Of a DNA stretch of 26,907 bases, positions 1 through 9,103 are shown piece by piece. The position numbers and the translations under genes are program-made. This stretch comes from a virus (taxonomy: Duplodnaviria > Caudoviricetes): positions 1 through 26,907 of IMG/VR virus record IMGVR_UViG_3300008952_002394; one strand, written 5' to 3'. The notes beneath the pieces are model-generated. The model was not told the origin of the DNA and did not search any database. It saw nothing but the letters and a program-made list of their open reading frames with translations. Numbering within the stretch: position 1 is the first letter of the stretch; each line of letters opens with the position of its first letter.

Positions 1-1
1 T

Positions 2-721
2 ATCATCGGGAACATAATCAAGGTCAATCAATCTACGGTTTCTATCAAACCATGACACATCACCCGACGTTACCTTTCCTGCCTTCATCCATTCATCAAG
101 GCGTTTCTTGGTAACAGGCTTTTGCCGATCCCCCGTGACGAACGTGGAATCTTTGCTCAGGCAATTTGGAATGCCGTCCCCGACATCTCCCCGAGCAATA
201 TGTTCAAACAGAAATTCCTTTGGGTCTTTGACCCGAAGAAACTTCTTCTGAACGGGTGAATATTGATTGATATTGTCAAATTTTTGAAGTTGCATGAAAT
301 CCTTGTCACCTGATAAAATCAAGACCTTTTGGGTCTTCAATTGCTTTGCCAAGACGGCAATGATGTCATCCGCTTCTGCCCTATCGTTGTGAATTACCTT
401 ATAGGGAAAGTGTTCGTCTATCTCATCCCTAATGGTATTTAGAACATCGAAAATCTTGCCCCAGTCATACCCGGAGGCGGCGCGTGTCTTCTTTCTGTTC
501 TGCTTGTAGAAGGGGAAGACATCTTTTCTCCAAGTATTTCGGCCATCACAACAAATAATTAGTTCTCCATAATCATTGAAGAACTTGTTTCTGTTGAATC
601 GCAGGGAGTTCAGAATCATATGACGAAGCATTGGCTCTTCCACTTCATTAATATGACCCATCTTCAAGTTAATCATTAGATTGCTAATTGCAATCTGATT
701 GAAGTCAACTAGAATAGGCAT
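2..721 (-). CDS. rnh: T4-like RNase H / 5'-3' exonuclease (FEN family), 3' end runs off the window
   Basis: Not in the ORF track. Hand translation from ATG at 721 gives MPILVDFNQIAISNLM...LRHMILNSLR...IICCDGRNTWRKDVFPFYKQNRKK...RAEADDIIAVL...ILSGDKDFMQLQ...ARGDVGDGIPN. EADD, SGDKDF and GDxxDGIP are the acidic metal-binding motifs of T4 RNase H/FEN nucleases. Confidence 0.93.
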   Translation of the reverse strand, partial: MPILVDFNQIAISNLMINLKMGHINEVEEPMLRHMILNSLRFNRNKFFNDYGELIICCDGRNTWRKDVFPFYKQNRKKTRAASGYDWGKIFDVLNTIRDEIDEHFPYKVIHNDRAEADDIIAVLAKQLKTQKVLILSGDKDFMQLQKFDNINQYSPVQKKFLRVKDPKEFLFEHIARGDVGDGIPNCLSKDSTFVTGDRQKPVTKKRLDEWMKAGKVTSGDVSWFDRNRRLIDLDYVPDD

Positions 722-722
722 T

Positions 723-869
723 TTATTCTCTTTCTATCGTTTCCATAATCAATGCAGTCATTTCAATCAAGTATTCCTCGCTGGAAGTATTCTTTTGGTC
801 ACTATGATCTTTCGATCCCCTTAGATATACTGCCGACACCGTTGCTAAAACTTTTTCAAACTTAGTCAT
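723..869 (-). CDS. Small hypothetical protein (~48 aa, MTKFEKVLATVS...)
   Basis: Fills the gap between the methyltransferase and rnh. The ATG at 869 overlaps the end of the upstream ORF. The ORF track starts it at 905. Confidence 0.5.
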   Translation of the reverse strand: MTKFEKVLATVSAVYLRGSKDHSDQKNTSSEEYLIEMTALIMETIERE

Positions 870-1506
870 TATATTCCCTATCAAGATGCCTGTGGTCGTA
901 GTCAACCCCAGTCCCCCTGTAATTCATCGTATCTACAATATCAATAATATCAAAATCATCCCTATCAACAGACTCATTCAATCTATTAACATAACACACT
1001 AAAATTCCTTCTGTTTGTTCTTGATTGTCATGCAATCTCACATTTTTATAATTAAGAATCTTATAACCAAAGACCTCTGCCATATCCCATACCGCATCTT
1101 GATTAAAATAAAATCGACCATGCCCCGGCCAAAATCCTTCATGGGGTATAAAATTAATAATCAATCCATTCTGCTTACACACTCTATGGCAATTGGTGTA
1201 GAATTCATATTGATCTGGAACATGCTCACCTGTCCCATAATTAGTAACAACATCAAACCTATTATGAAACTCTGATGGCAGTTCTTCTGTCAGATCATAC
1301 TCCAAAGCGCCCCATTGATTGTTGAGGTCAAAGGATATATGCTCTTTTACATGAAGATGATTTTTATAATATTCCTTTGCTGGCATTCGTTCCTCGCCTT
1401 TATATTCCTGATTTCCCATCTCACACATACGAATTTGCGAATAATCAAGATAGGCTTCTCGTAAAGAATCATTTTCAAAATCAATAATTTTCTTTCCGAT
1501 TCCCAT
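862..1506 (-). CDS. Class I SAM-dependent methyltransferase-like protein
   Basis: Motif-I-like CEMGNQ, then HISFDLN, YDLT, FDVVTNYGTGEHV and CKQNGLII, matching the class I MTase strand order. Confidence 0.72.
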   Translation of the reverse strand: MGIGKKIIDFENDSLREAYLDYSQIRMCEMGNQEYKGEERMPAKEYYKNHLHVKEHISFDLNNQWGALEYDLTEELPSEFHNRFDVVTNYGTGEHVPDQYEFYTNCHRVCKQNGLIINFIPHEGFWPGHGRFYFNQDAVWDMAEVFGYKILNYKNVRLHDNQEQTEGILVCYVNRLNESVDRDDFDIIDIVDTMNYRGTGVDYDHRHLDREYND

Positions 1507-2657
1507 TACTTTTCCGTCCTCATAATAACCATCTCTTTTCCGATTCGTCCTGTCACCGGAAGTTCCTTGGCATTGATATTGTCAAGCACCTTCCTGAGCT
1601 TAACCTTGCCTCCGCACAACACATCGGCAAACACCGGAAGAATATAAGACTCGCGAATCTTCTTCTTGTAGGAACGCGACTCATCAAATTCCTTGAGCGT
1701 GGTTCCCTTTACCGTCATGCCGACATTGGAAACATACTTGTAAAGAAATCGAGTCTTGGTGTCGAACACCCAGACCTGTGACGCATCAAGAATGGTAGTC
1801 GGATTGACACTTTCAATTGCGTAGTCTTCATCCTTCTTCTTGAACTTCAGATTCTTCACAATGTCCTTCGGTGACTTCTGCTTCCGCTTCCGCACCTTCC
1901 GATTTCCCTTGCAGTTGTCCAGCCAGTTTTCGGCTTCGTCAATGAGAGCGGCAACAAACTTTCGGAGCTTGGTCTGATTGGTCTTCTTGATATGCGAATA
2001 CCCTTCCACCAATTGCTCGTCGGTTCCCTCGGCCAACTCTTTCAATTCGGCAAGCTGCTCCTCAAGGTGTGCAATGACAAAACGAGTGTGCGCTCCCTTT
2101 ACTTCATTCTTCTGAAGGAACGTATAGAGGTCGAATGACTCCGAGAGTTTCGGAAACCCGTCTTCAATATAACCGTCAATTTCCCCATCAATCTCTCCGA
2201 GGATTTCGGCGGTTGCATTGCGGACCCTTTGCTGGATGCTGATGACGGGTGCCTTTGCCTTGGTGTCTGCCTTTTCCTTCTTTACGGCAAGAATGGCGTT
2301 TCCCTTTTCGACCAGAGATTCCAGCCGGGTGTCAAACTTTTTCTGCTCGTTTTCCGACATCACATATCCATTGGATGCCATGCGTGCCAGATAGGAATAG
2401 ACATTGCCGATTTCAAAAGGTTCGACGGCATTGACTGCTGCCACCTGCGTTTTGTCATATGACTTATTTGACTTCAGATATGTAATATAATTCTTTTTAA
2501 TTTCCTTTTGATTATAATTGTAATTATACCAATTAAATGCAAATCCGATTCGGTTCCGAAGTTCCGTTTCTTCAAGGTCTGCCTGATCGCTCCAGTCATC
2601 GGGTTCAAATCCCATGTCCGAAGTGGGTGCCGCAGACCGTGCCCTTCTTGCTGCCAT
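1506..2657 (-). CDS. Phage hypothetical protein (383 aa, basic C-terminus)
   Basis: Long ORF, GC-richer than the island, with an AAGGA RBS and a sigma70 promoter upstream. Contains FNWYNYNY and VWVFDTKTR...VKGTTLKEFD. From memory it resembles conserved hypothetical proteins of large T4-like phages (not verified). Confidence 0.8.
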   Translation of the reverse strand: MAARRARSAAPTSDMGFEPDDWSDQADLEETELRNRIGFAFNWYNYNYNQKEIKKNYITYLKSNKSYDKTQVAAVNAVEPFEIGNVYSYLARMASNGYVMSENEQKKFDTRLESLVEKGNAILAVKKEKADTKAKAPVISIQQRVRNATAEILGEIDGEIDGYIEDGFPKLSESFDLYTFLQKNEVKGAHTRFVIAHLEEQLAELKELAEGTDEQLVEGYSHIKKTNQTKLRKFVAALIDEAENWLDNCKGNRKVRKRKQKSPKDIVKNLKFKKKDEDYAIESVNPTTILDASQVWVFDTKTRFLYKYVSNVGMTVKGTTLKEFDESRSYKKKIRESYILPVFADVLCGGKVKLRKVLDNINAKELPVTGRIGKEMVIMRTEK

Positions 2658-2712
2658 TTCTGTGTATCCTTTATCTGAGGTGGTCGAGAGACAATTCTCT
2701 CATCCTGGGCCT

Positions 2713-2740
2713 ATTATAATCGCCAAACGGGGCAAGTCAA
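2713..2740 (-). promoter_or_regulatory. sigma70-type (early-like) promoter TTGACT-N16-TATAAT
   Basis: Minus strand reads TTGACT tgccccgtttggcgat TATAAT (2740-2735, 2718-2713), about 55 nt upstream of the ATG at 2657, with an AT-rich UP-like tract (TATTTATTTTT, 2760-2750) upstream. Confidence 0.8.
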
Positions 2741-2805
2741 GTGTCCGGCAAAAATAAATAGGATTTTCTTTTTAAATATAATTTTATTTAAATTCATTAT
2801 TTTAT

Positions 2806-2845
2806 TAAAAACTGGTGTTTATATTTTAAATATAAATTACAACCA
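2806..2845 (-). terminator. Possible AT-rich hairpin/terminator closing the glycan island
   Basis: Inverted repeat TTTATATTT-T-AAATATAAA (2818-2836), flanked by TGGT...ACCA and followed on the minus strand by GTTTTT, just after the stop at 2848. The stem is weak (mostly A-U). Confidence 0.35.
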
Positions 2846-2847
2846 CT

Positions 2848-3600
2848 TTACCATTTTATATACATCCTAGTTTCATCATCGGGATACCCATCAGGATGAC
2901 CAGAATTATCTATAGAAACTAACGTCTTATTTAAAAAGGTAGTAAATACATTTGTAAATGGAATTTCGCCTTGCAAAATATGCTTGCCTCGTTCTCTGCG
3001 ATCCTTCATTCCAATGCTTTTATAATGAGGAAGAGATCCAAAGTGGTTATATATCTTAATTAAATCACTATAACGAGAAATACCAAAGCCGCCATTACAA
3101 TGAGCGGGATATTTCTGACTGGTGTCGCCGGGGTCGTTTGGGGAAAGCCAACCAGCAGGTTGCGGACCTACGGGGCCAAACATACAAACATACCCAACAT
3201 TTAAATCTTGTTCTAATACACAAACAGCATCTTTATAGTATCCATCTCTAATATAGACAAAATCGTCTTCTTGAAACATCCAATAATCTTGATAATCCTC
3301 TTTAAAATTTTTAAAAGCAAAATTATATCCACCAAACGAAATTCCTATATTATCTCCATCTATAATCTTCATCAATCCGTTAGGTGTTTTGGTGTTATGA
3401 TATGAATTAATAAACTCACTAAAATATTCATTTTCTGGAGAATTGTTTACAATAATAGTATCACAAGGAACTCCCTTATCAACAGACAGTTCGTATAAAA
3501 ATGTTTTATTTTCAAGATTAGAAATAAAAAAATCTATATCTTCTGTCCCACCAAAAGCCTTCCGCCAACCACAATATGTAGGAATAACCTTACAATTCAT
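2848..3600 (-). CDS. Putative GT-A-fold glycosyltransferase-like protein
   Basis: DTIIVNNS, NIGISFGGYNFAF, acidic YWMFQEDDF (DxD-like) and HCNGGFG; last gene of the glycan operon. Confidence 0.55.
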   Translation of the reverse strand: MNCKVIPTYCGWRKAFGGTEDIDFFISNLENKTFLYELSVDKGVPCDTIIVNNSPENEYFSEFINSYHNTKTPNGLMKIIDGDNIGISFGGYNFAFKNFKEDYQDYWMFQEDDFVYIRDGYYKDAVCVLEQDLNVGYVCMFGPVGPQPAGWLSPNDPGDTSQKYPAHCNGGFGISRYSDLIKIYNHFGSLPHYKSIGMKDRRERGKHILQGEIPFTNVFTTFLNKTLVSIDNSGHPDGYPDDETRMYIKW

Positions 3601-4301
3601 TTTCCTTCCCTTTCAATTTTTAAAAAAACCGTTTTACCATCAACAACAACATAAGGCAATGGATGGTCAGAAAATGTTAAAGATTTAATCTGACGAATAA
3701 ATTCTGATTCATTAGTAATAAATGAACTATCTATTTGATGAGATAAATCTTTCTGTTTATACACATAATATTCATCACTATGTTTTTTATAATCAACAAT
3801 ATTTCCACTAATAACATTTTTAAAATTTCTTTTTAGAAGGCTTAAACCAATTGAATTGGATTTTAAAAAAACCGATTCAGCATCATCACCATCAGAAATT
3901 TCAAAAAAATCAGTATCTATTATTCTACCTGAATCTAAACTGCTATCAATAAAGTGCATTGTACTTCCATGCACACTTTCTCCATGCCGTAAAGCCCATG
4001 TTGCAGTATGTCTTCCTCTAAATTTCAATCTATAAGAATGATGAAAGTTAACTATCCCGTAAGGAACTTTATTTATATCTTCTTGTTTTATTATCTTCCA
4101 ATAACCCAAAGAAATAACAACATCAGATACCCCTATAAGCTCATCAAAAGACATTAACTTTTCACCAAAAGTCCAATCAGAATTTTTTGCATGAATTCCA
4201 GAAATATCAAAATCTAAAAACTTTTGTGCCTCCTGCAACCAATTAACATAGGGAATAAAATAATCTCTATTATTTAATAATATACCACACGTTTTTTTCA
4301 T
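3597..4301 (-). CDS. Sugar N-formyltransferase (formyl-THF dependent)
   Basis: ISLGYWKII, IVNFHHS..FRGR (N-x-H) and GSTMHFIDSSLDSGRII (catalytic Asp), characteristic of the Formyl_trans_N fold. Directly follows an aminotransferase. Confidence 0.88.
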   Translation of the reverse strand: MKKTCGILLNNRDYFIPYVNWLQEAQKFLDFDISGIHAKNSDWTFGEKLMSFDELIGVSDVVISLGYWKIIKQEDINKVPYGIVNFHHSYRLKFRGRHTATWALRHGESVHGSTMHFIDSSLDSGRIIDTDFFEISDGDDAESVFLKSNSIGLSLLKRNFKNVISGNIVDYKKHSDEYYVYKQKDLSHQIDSSFITNESEFIRQIKSLTFSDHPLPYVVVDGKTVFLKIEREGK

Positions 4302-5425
4302 AAAGAACCCACAAGTGTATCTACAATATTTCCAACATCATTCTCATTCATCCACCATCCGCACGGCAAAGATATTTGATGGTTATGAAAATAATCTGTT
4401 TCTGGCAATTTACATAAACTGTCATCAAAACATGAGTAATAATGATTTGGAGTATGCACCAATCCTGCATCAATTCCTAAACTATTTAAAGTTTCCACTA
4501 AAGAATCCCGATCTATATCCTTATGTAAAATAGCAGTATATACCCAGAATGATGGATTAGAATCTTCTGGATAATCCAACCCACAAATAAAATCTAAATC
4601 AGAAAAATAATTAGAATATTTTTGTGCATTTTTTCTATGAATTTCTAAATTAGAAATACATCCAAACATATTAGAGAGTCCAATAGAAGCAGATATATTA
4701 TTCATATGAAATTTATAACCGGCTTCCGTAATATCAGTATCCCATCTCTGGCCTTTCCACTCTCCATTCTCATTCTTTGATGCTTCACGGTCAATACCAA
4801 ACCACTTTAATCGTTTAGCTCTATCAAAATCATCATCATTCAAACAGACCAGAGCGCCCCCGTCGCCACATGTTAAATGCTTTATTGCCTGAAAGCTATA
4901 ACAAGTAAAATCAGAAAAATGAGAAATAGATTGTCCTTTATAAGTTGCACCAAACGCATGGGCAGCATCTTGTATTAATTTAATACCATGTTGCTTACAC
5001 AAGGAATGTAATTCAACTAAATCACACGGCAAGCCTGCCCAATCAACACACAACACAGCCTTTGTTTTGTTTGTTATTTTATTTTTAACATCACCTACAG
5101 AAATATTTCCAGTTTTATGATCTATGTCGGCCCAAACTATTTTTGCTCCCAAACTATGAATAGGAGTATTTGACGCAACACAAGTCATAGATGTAGTTAT
5201 CACTTCACTATCTGAATTAACCCCAGAGAGTTTTAGGGCAAGAGTTAATGCAGAAGTACAACTATTCAAAGGAATAACGTTTTCTTGAACAAAATAATCA
5301 CTCAGAGAATTTTTAAATTCTGCTACACAAACTCCCTCGTTCAAAAAACCCGAAGCTAAAATAGGAGACAAATCATTTAGAATCTTCATTTCATCAACAT
5401 ACACTTTAAACAACGGATAATTCAT
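4298..5425 (-). CDS. DegT/DnrJ/EryC1/StrS PLP-dependent sugar aminotransferase
   Basis: NSCTSAL, IQDAAHAFGA, YSFQAIKHLTCGDGG (PLP lysine), GYKFHMNN and ISLP. Confidence 0.95.
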   Translation of the reverse strand: MNYPLFKVYVDEMKILNDLSPILASGFLNEGVCVAEFKNSLSDYFVQENVIPLNSCTSALTLALKLSGVNSDSEVITTSMTCVASNTPIHSLGAKIVWADIDHKTGNISVGDVKNKITNKTKAVLCVDWAGLPCDLVELHSLCKQHGIKLIQDAAHAFGATYKGQSISHFSDFTCYSFQAIKHLTCGDGGALVCLNDDDFDRAKRLKWFGIDREASKNENGEWKGQRWDTDITEAGYKFHMNNISASIGLSNMFGCISNLEIHRKNAQKYSNYFSDLDFICGLDYPEDSNPSFWVYTAILHKDIDRDSLVETLNSLGIDAGLVHTPNHYYSCFDDSLCKLPETDYFHNHQISLPCGWWMNENDVGNIVDTLVGSL

Positions 5426-6429
5426 ATTCTAATCTCCTCAATATTCTTTCCTATAAAACTTTCCATAGGCTGCTCTATAATATTTAAATCATTATCTAAG
5501 TATTGTTCTAATGCCACACTAGATAAAACGTCATCGGCGCTAGTATATTCAAAGTTAGAACTTTCCGAATCAATCATATAATGAGCAGGGGAAAGTATAT
5601 AATGCCCGAAATCTTCTCTTGCTCTTAAAGACTCAGACAACCCAATTAATTTTTCTGCAATTTTCTCACCGGGCCTAATTGGTATCATTTTAATTTTCTT
5701 ATCATACTTCTTTGCAAAAATATTTGCCAAATCCAATATGTTCATAGAAGACAATTTCGGAATCCAAATTTCACCAGAAGACCCATGTTCAATGGTATTC
5801 AAAATTAAATCTACACTTTGGTCTAAGGTCATCACAAATCGAGTCATATCTTTATGAGTGACTGTCAAAAATTCTGAATTCAATGATTGATATTTAAATA
5901 ATGGAATAATACTTCCCCTCGACTCAAGAACATTTCCATATCTAACTCCTAAAAATCTAATATCGGAATGAAACATCTCATTGCTCGTAACAATTCTCTC
6001 TGATATTGCCTTTGACATCCCATAAACATTAACGGGTTCACACGCCTTATCTGTGCTAACAAAAAGAATGGTATCACATGATAAATTAGTTTTATTTGCT
6101 ATAACAGAATTAACTACAATAGATGGGCCCAAAATATTAGTCTTAATACTCTCTTCAGGAGAAATTTCACAGGTATCTACTTGTTTTAATGCAGCCGCGA
6201 TAATTATAATATTTGCATCTACTTTAGATATAACGTCAGAAACCCTTTGCGAATCGCGAATATCCCCAACAAAAAAATTCAAATTTTTAGAATCCTTATA
6301 CCGATTCTTTAAAGTCCAATGCTTTGCCTCATCCCGTGAATATATGTAAATCGAATTATCGGGCAACAACCTACGAATCAAAGAAATTCCCAAAGAACCC
6401 GTTCCGCCAAAAATCAAAACTTTTTTCAT
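5422..6429 (-). CDS. UDP-GlcNAc 4,6-dehydratase, PseB/FlaA1-like (Polysacc_synt_2)
   Basis: GGTGSLG, YSRDEAK, GDIRD, AAALKQV, STDKACEPVNVYGMSK, RYGNVLESRGSII, MTRF and RPGEK. Tyr in the YxxxK motif favours PseB over CapE/FnlA. Start moved to ATG 6429 (ATGA overlap). Confidence 0.9.
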   Translation of the reverse strand: MKKVLIFGGTGSLGISLIRRLLPDNSIYIYSRDEAKHWTLKNRYKDSKNLNFFVGDIRDSQRVSDVISKVDANIIIIAAALKQVDTCEISPEESIKTNILGPSIVVNSVIANKTNLSCDTILFVSTDKACEPVNVYGMSKAISERIVTSNEMFHSDIRFLGVRYGNVLESRGSIIPLFKYQSLNSEFLTVTHKDMTRFVMTLDQSVDLILNTIEHGSSGEIWIPKLSSMNILDLANIFAKKYDKKIKMIPIRPGEKIAEKLIGLSESLRAREDFGHYILSPAHYMIDSESSNFEYTSADDVLSSVALEQYLDNDLNIIEQPMESFIGKNIEEIRI

Positions 6430-7334
6430 CTCAAACACCCCGCCACCCAATTCAAATCATCATCACTCAACTTTTCATTATACGGTATACTAAGAGTTGT
6501 TTTTTCTTTTTGTTCTGTCCCAACCAATTTAACAGAATCTAATTTATATATAGGGTGTAAATGCATAGAAGAATAATGAATCCCACATGATACGCCAGAA
6601 TCATTTAAATTAGACATGACTAATTCTCTGTCGTCAACATCAATTCGATATAGATGTTCGCTAGTATTAGTTAATCCAAATGCCTCATTATAATACTCTC
6701 GGACCTCTTTAAGTCTTTTCTTTTTTTCCTCTAATTTATAAAAATTCTGCAAGGCAACATGTGCTTGAAATGAATTCATATACATCTTCCACCCAGGAAA
6801 CTTTATACCCCTTTCCCAACTATTCGTTTCTGTACTCATTCCATTCATGGTTGCTTCTTTGAACCATTGAATTTTATCAAAATCATCCGAAACTATCACG
6901 CAACCGTCCAAACCCCCGACAGGTTTTGTTGGATAGAAACTAAAAAACATCAAATCATTTGGATTTGCCTCTTTATCAAATTGGCCTCTTACTATTTTTT
7001 GTGCGGAATCTATAATCTTATAATTTCCAAAATCATGAAGAACATACGAATGACCAACCCACTCCGTATTATCAATAAATTTAATCTGATTGCCGGAATT
7101 TATTAGAGCATTTAACACAACCGGAGGGATCATACTTGGAACCGAAACCGTAAGGCTTTTGTTTAGAAAAGCCAAAAAAATTGCACTTGTCGCACTAGAA
7201 ACCGAACACGCATATTTAGCACCAACATAATCAGCAATGGCTTCTTCGAGTTCCTGAACTACAGACCCATGCAAAGAATGGCCAAACTTTGATGTATCCA
7301 CAACATAATTATTAATATTAAAAAGGGGTATCAT
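6426..7334 (-). CDS. Compact DegT-family sugar aminotransferase
   Basis: SSATSA, IIDSAQ, FSFYPTKPVGGLDG, GWKMYMN, GIHY and TLSIP; only 302 aa. Confidence 0.85.
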   Translation of the reverse strand: MIPLFNINNYVVDTSKFGHSLHGSVVQELEEAIADYVGAKYACSVSSATSAIFLAFLNKSLTVSVPSMIPPVVLNALINSGNQIKFIDNTEWVGHSYVLHDFGNYKIIDSAQKIVRGQFDKEANPNDLMFFSFYPTKPVGGLDGCVIVSDDFDKIQWFKEATMNGMSTETNSWERGIKFPGWKMYMNSFQAHVALQNFYKLEEKKKRLKEVREYYNEAFGLTNTSEHLYRIDVDDRELVMSNLNDSGVSCGIHYSSMHLHPIYKLDSVKLVGTEQKEKTTLSIPYNEKLSDDDLNWVAGCLR

Positions 7335-8037
7335 TTAAACAATCCTTCAATTTATCACAATTCATGGAACAGTCCTTTGCCATATCAACTCCATCAATAT
7401 TTTCTAGGTATATCTTCTTGATTTTTGGATTTAATTTTTTGACAAAATCATAGATACAAATAGACTCACCGCCCACATTAATAATTCCTATTTGGTCTAA
7501 AAGTCGAAACACAAGTTTTGCAGAATCTTGACTTGTTATCATACTTTTTTTTGCATTAACAATAGCACCTTCATGTGGATATGGAGTTTCACACATTCCC
7601 ATCCTCAATATCAAAGAATTTGGATACATGCGAACAGCGCATTCACCGCCCAGCTTTGACCAAGCATAATTATTAACAGGAAATAAAGAATCTGATTCTT
7701 TATAATTACCAGCATTGCCGGGATACACATAGTCCGTTGATATATAAATCAACTTTATCCCCATCTCCATACAAGCCAAAGTAACATTTCCAGTCCCTAT
7801 GATATTAGAACGAATGCTTAACTCGGGAAACTCGTTATGAGTTTTCATTGGACGAGTAAGTGCAGCCGCATGAATAAAAATGTCAGGAGATATTCTCTGT
7901 ATATTATCCACAATATCATTCATATTCGTAACATTCATCTCATTTCTACTGAGAGGATACAACTCATAGTCTTTATTATTATCTATAAGGGCCTTAGCAA
8001 AAGAGCCATCTCCACCAGAAATAATAATTTTTCTCAT
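7318..8037 (-). CDS. RmlD-like NDP-4-keto-6-deoxyhexose reductase (extended SDR)
   Basis: ISGGDGSFA, IHAAALT, YISTDYVYPG..GNYKESD..PVNNYAWSKLGGE, LILR. Confidence 0.88.
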   Translation of the reverse strand: MRKIIISGGDGSFAKALIDNNKDYELYPLSRNEMNVTNMNDIVDNIQRISPDIFIHAAALTRPMKTHNEFPELSIRSNIIGTGNVTLACMEMGIKLIYISTDYVYPGNAGNYKESDSLFPVNNYAWSKLGGECAVRMYPNSLILRMGMCETPYPHEGAIVNAKKSMITSQDSAKLVFRLLDQIGIINVGGESICIYDFVKKLNPKIKKIYLENIDGVDMAKDCSMNCDKLKDCLNDTPF

Positions 8038-8675
8038 TAGAACTCCAAATCATTATTAAACTTTGCCCGGAACGCATCCCCAACATCTTGAGTCTTTGCT
8101 GACCAATACATCACGCCTAATGTTTTTCTTTCAGAGTGTTTAGTGGGGTCAGGAAATCCATGCCAAGAATTCTCAGAACATTTAAACACATTCAGTCGAT
8201 TAAACTTATATGGAACTTTTGTGTGGCTTCGTTCTCCATCATGAAGTAATAAATCAAAAGAAGAATTATAGTCTTCAGAAATACACAAAACGGCACTATA
8301 TTCCCTCACCCATTTGGGATGTAACCCATGAACCTTGGCATCAACATGCATACCCAAATATCCCCCAATAGGAGTTACCATCATACCTCCCCCATAATAA
8401 GATGTGTCTGGAAATGTCTTATCTGTAAATCCCTCGAATATCACATTAGGGTCAAAATGAGAAGCAATGTAATCCAAAACAAGCAGCGCGGGCGGAGTTG
8501 TAAGTTGGCGATTTTTTGAACAGTATTGAATCTGATTATCCCCTTTCCCATATTTCACCCAATCTTCATCGGAAACAACATCAAAACTTGTTGCGGCTGC
8601 TCTGACCAAAGCCTCTGAGGGAATAAAATTATCTATAGAAATATGTGGAAACGGAATATCTATTATAGTAGTCAT
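8037..8675 (-). CDS. 2OG-Fe(II) oxygenase (prolyl-hydroxylase-like)
   Basis: PFPHISIDNF, GGYLGMHVD (HxD), FNRLNVF..SENSWHGF (distal His) and RKTL (2OG-binding Arg). Start moved to ATG 8675 (ATGA overlap). Confidence 0.85.
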   Translation of the reverse strand: MTTIIDIPFPHISIDNFIPSEALVRAAATSFDVVSDEDWVKYGKGDNQIQYCSKNRQLTTPPALLVLDYIASHFDPNVIFEGFTDKTFPDTSYYGGGMMVTPIGGYLGMHVDAKVHGLHPKWVREYSAVLCISEDYNSSFDLLLHDGERSHTKVPYKFNRLNVFKCSENSWHGFPDPTKHSERKTLGVMYWSAKTQDVGDAFRAKFNNDLEF

Positions 8676-9103
8676 ACTAAATTCTTCTGCTCCTTTAAAT
8701 ATAAACTCCAATCTTCTATATAATCAAGTTTGTTATATTCGGTGCTTGAAAGTATCAACAAAACAGTATCTTCTGACATATACACCTGCTCATCCCAAAT
8801 CATTTCTGGAATATATACTCCAACACTAGGAGAATCTAACAAAACACTTTTTGATCTTTCGCCATCCCTACATATAACACCACAACGGCCGCGAAGGCAT
8901 ATTAAAATTTGCTCCGTCGTGTAATGTGCATGTTCTCCTCTTTTATTCTTAGTGTATACAGCATAAACATAAAAAAGCCTCTTTGGTTCAAATGGAAGAT
9001 GTTTTGAAAACTCTAAAGGAACCAAAGTTCCCCACCCAACATCGCCACTATCTGTAAATGCATCAAAATACATCACCTTAACGTCATCAATAGTTCTCAT
9101 CAT
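8672..9103 (-). CDS. FdtA/QdtA (WxcM-like) cupin sugar 3,4-ketoisomerase
   Basis: GTLVPLE, LPFEPKRLFYVY, RGEHAH, QILICLRG, LLDSP, LLILSS.EY..DYI. Confidence 0.88.
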   Translation of the reverse strand: MMRTIDDVKVMYFDAFTDSGDVGWGTLVPLEFSKHLPFEPKRLFYVYAVYTKNKRGEHAHYTTEQILICLRGRCGVICRDGERSKSVLLDSPSVGVYIPEMIWDEQVYMSEDTVLLILSSTEYNKLDYIEDWSLYLKEQKNLV

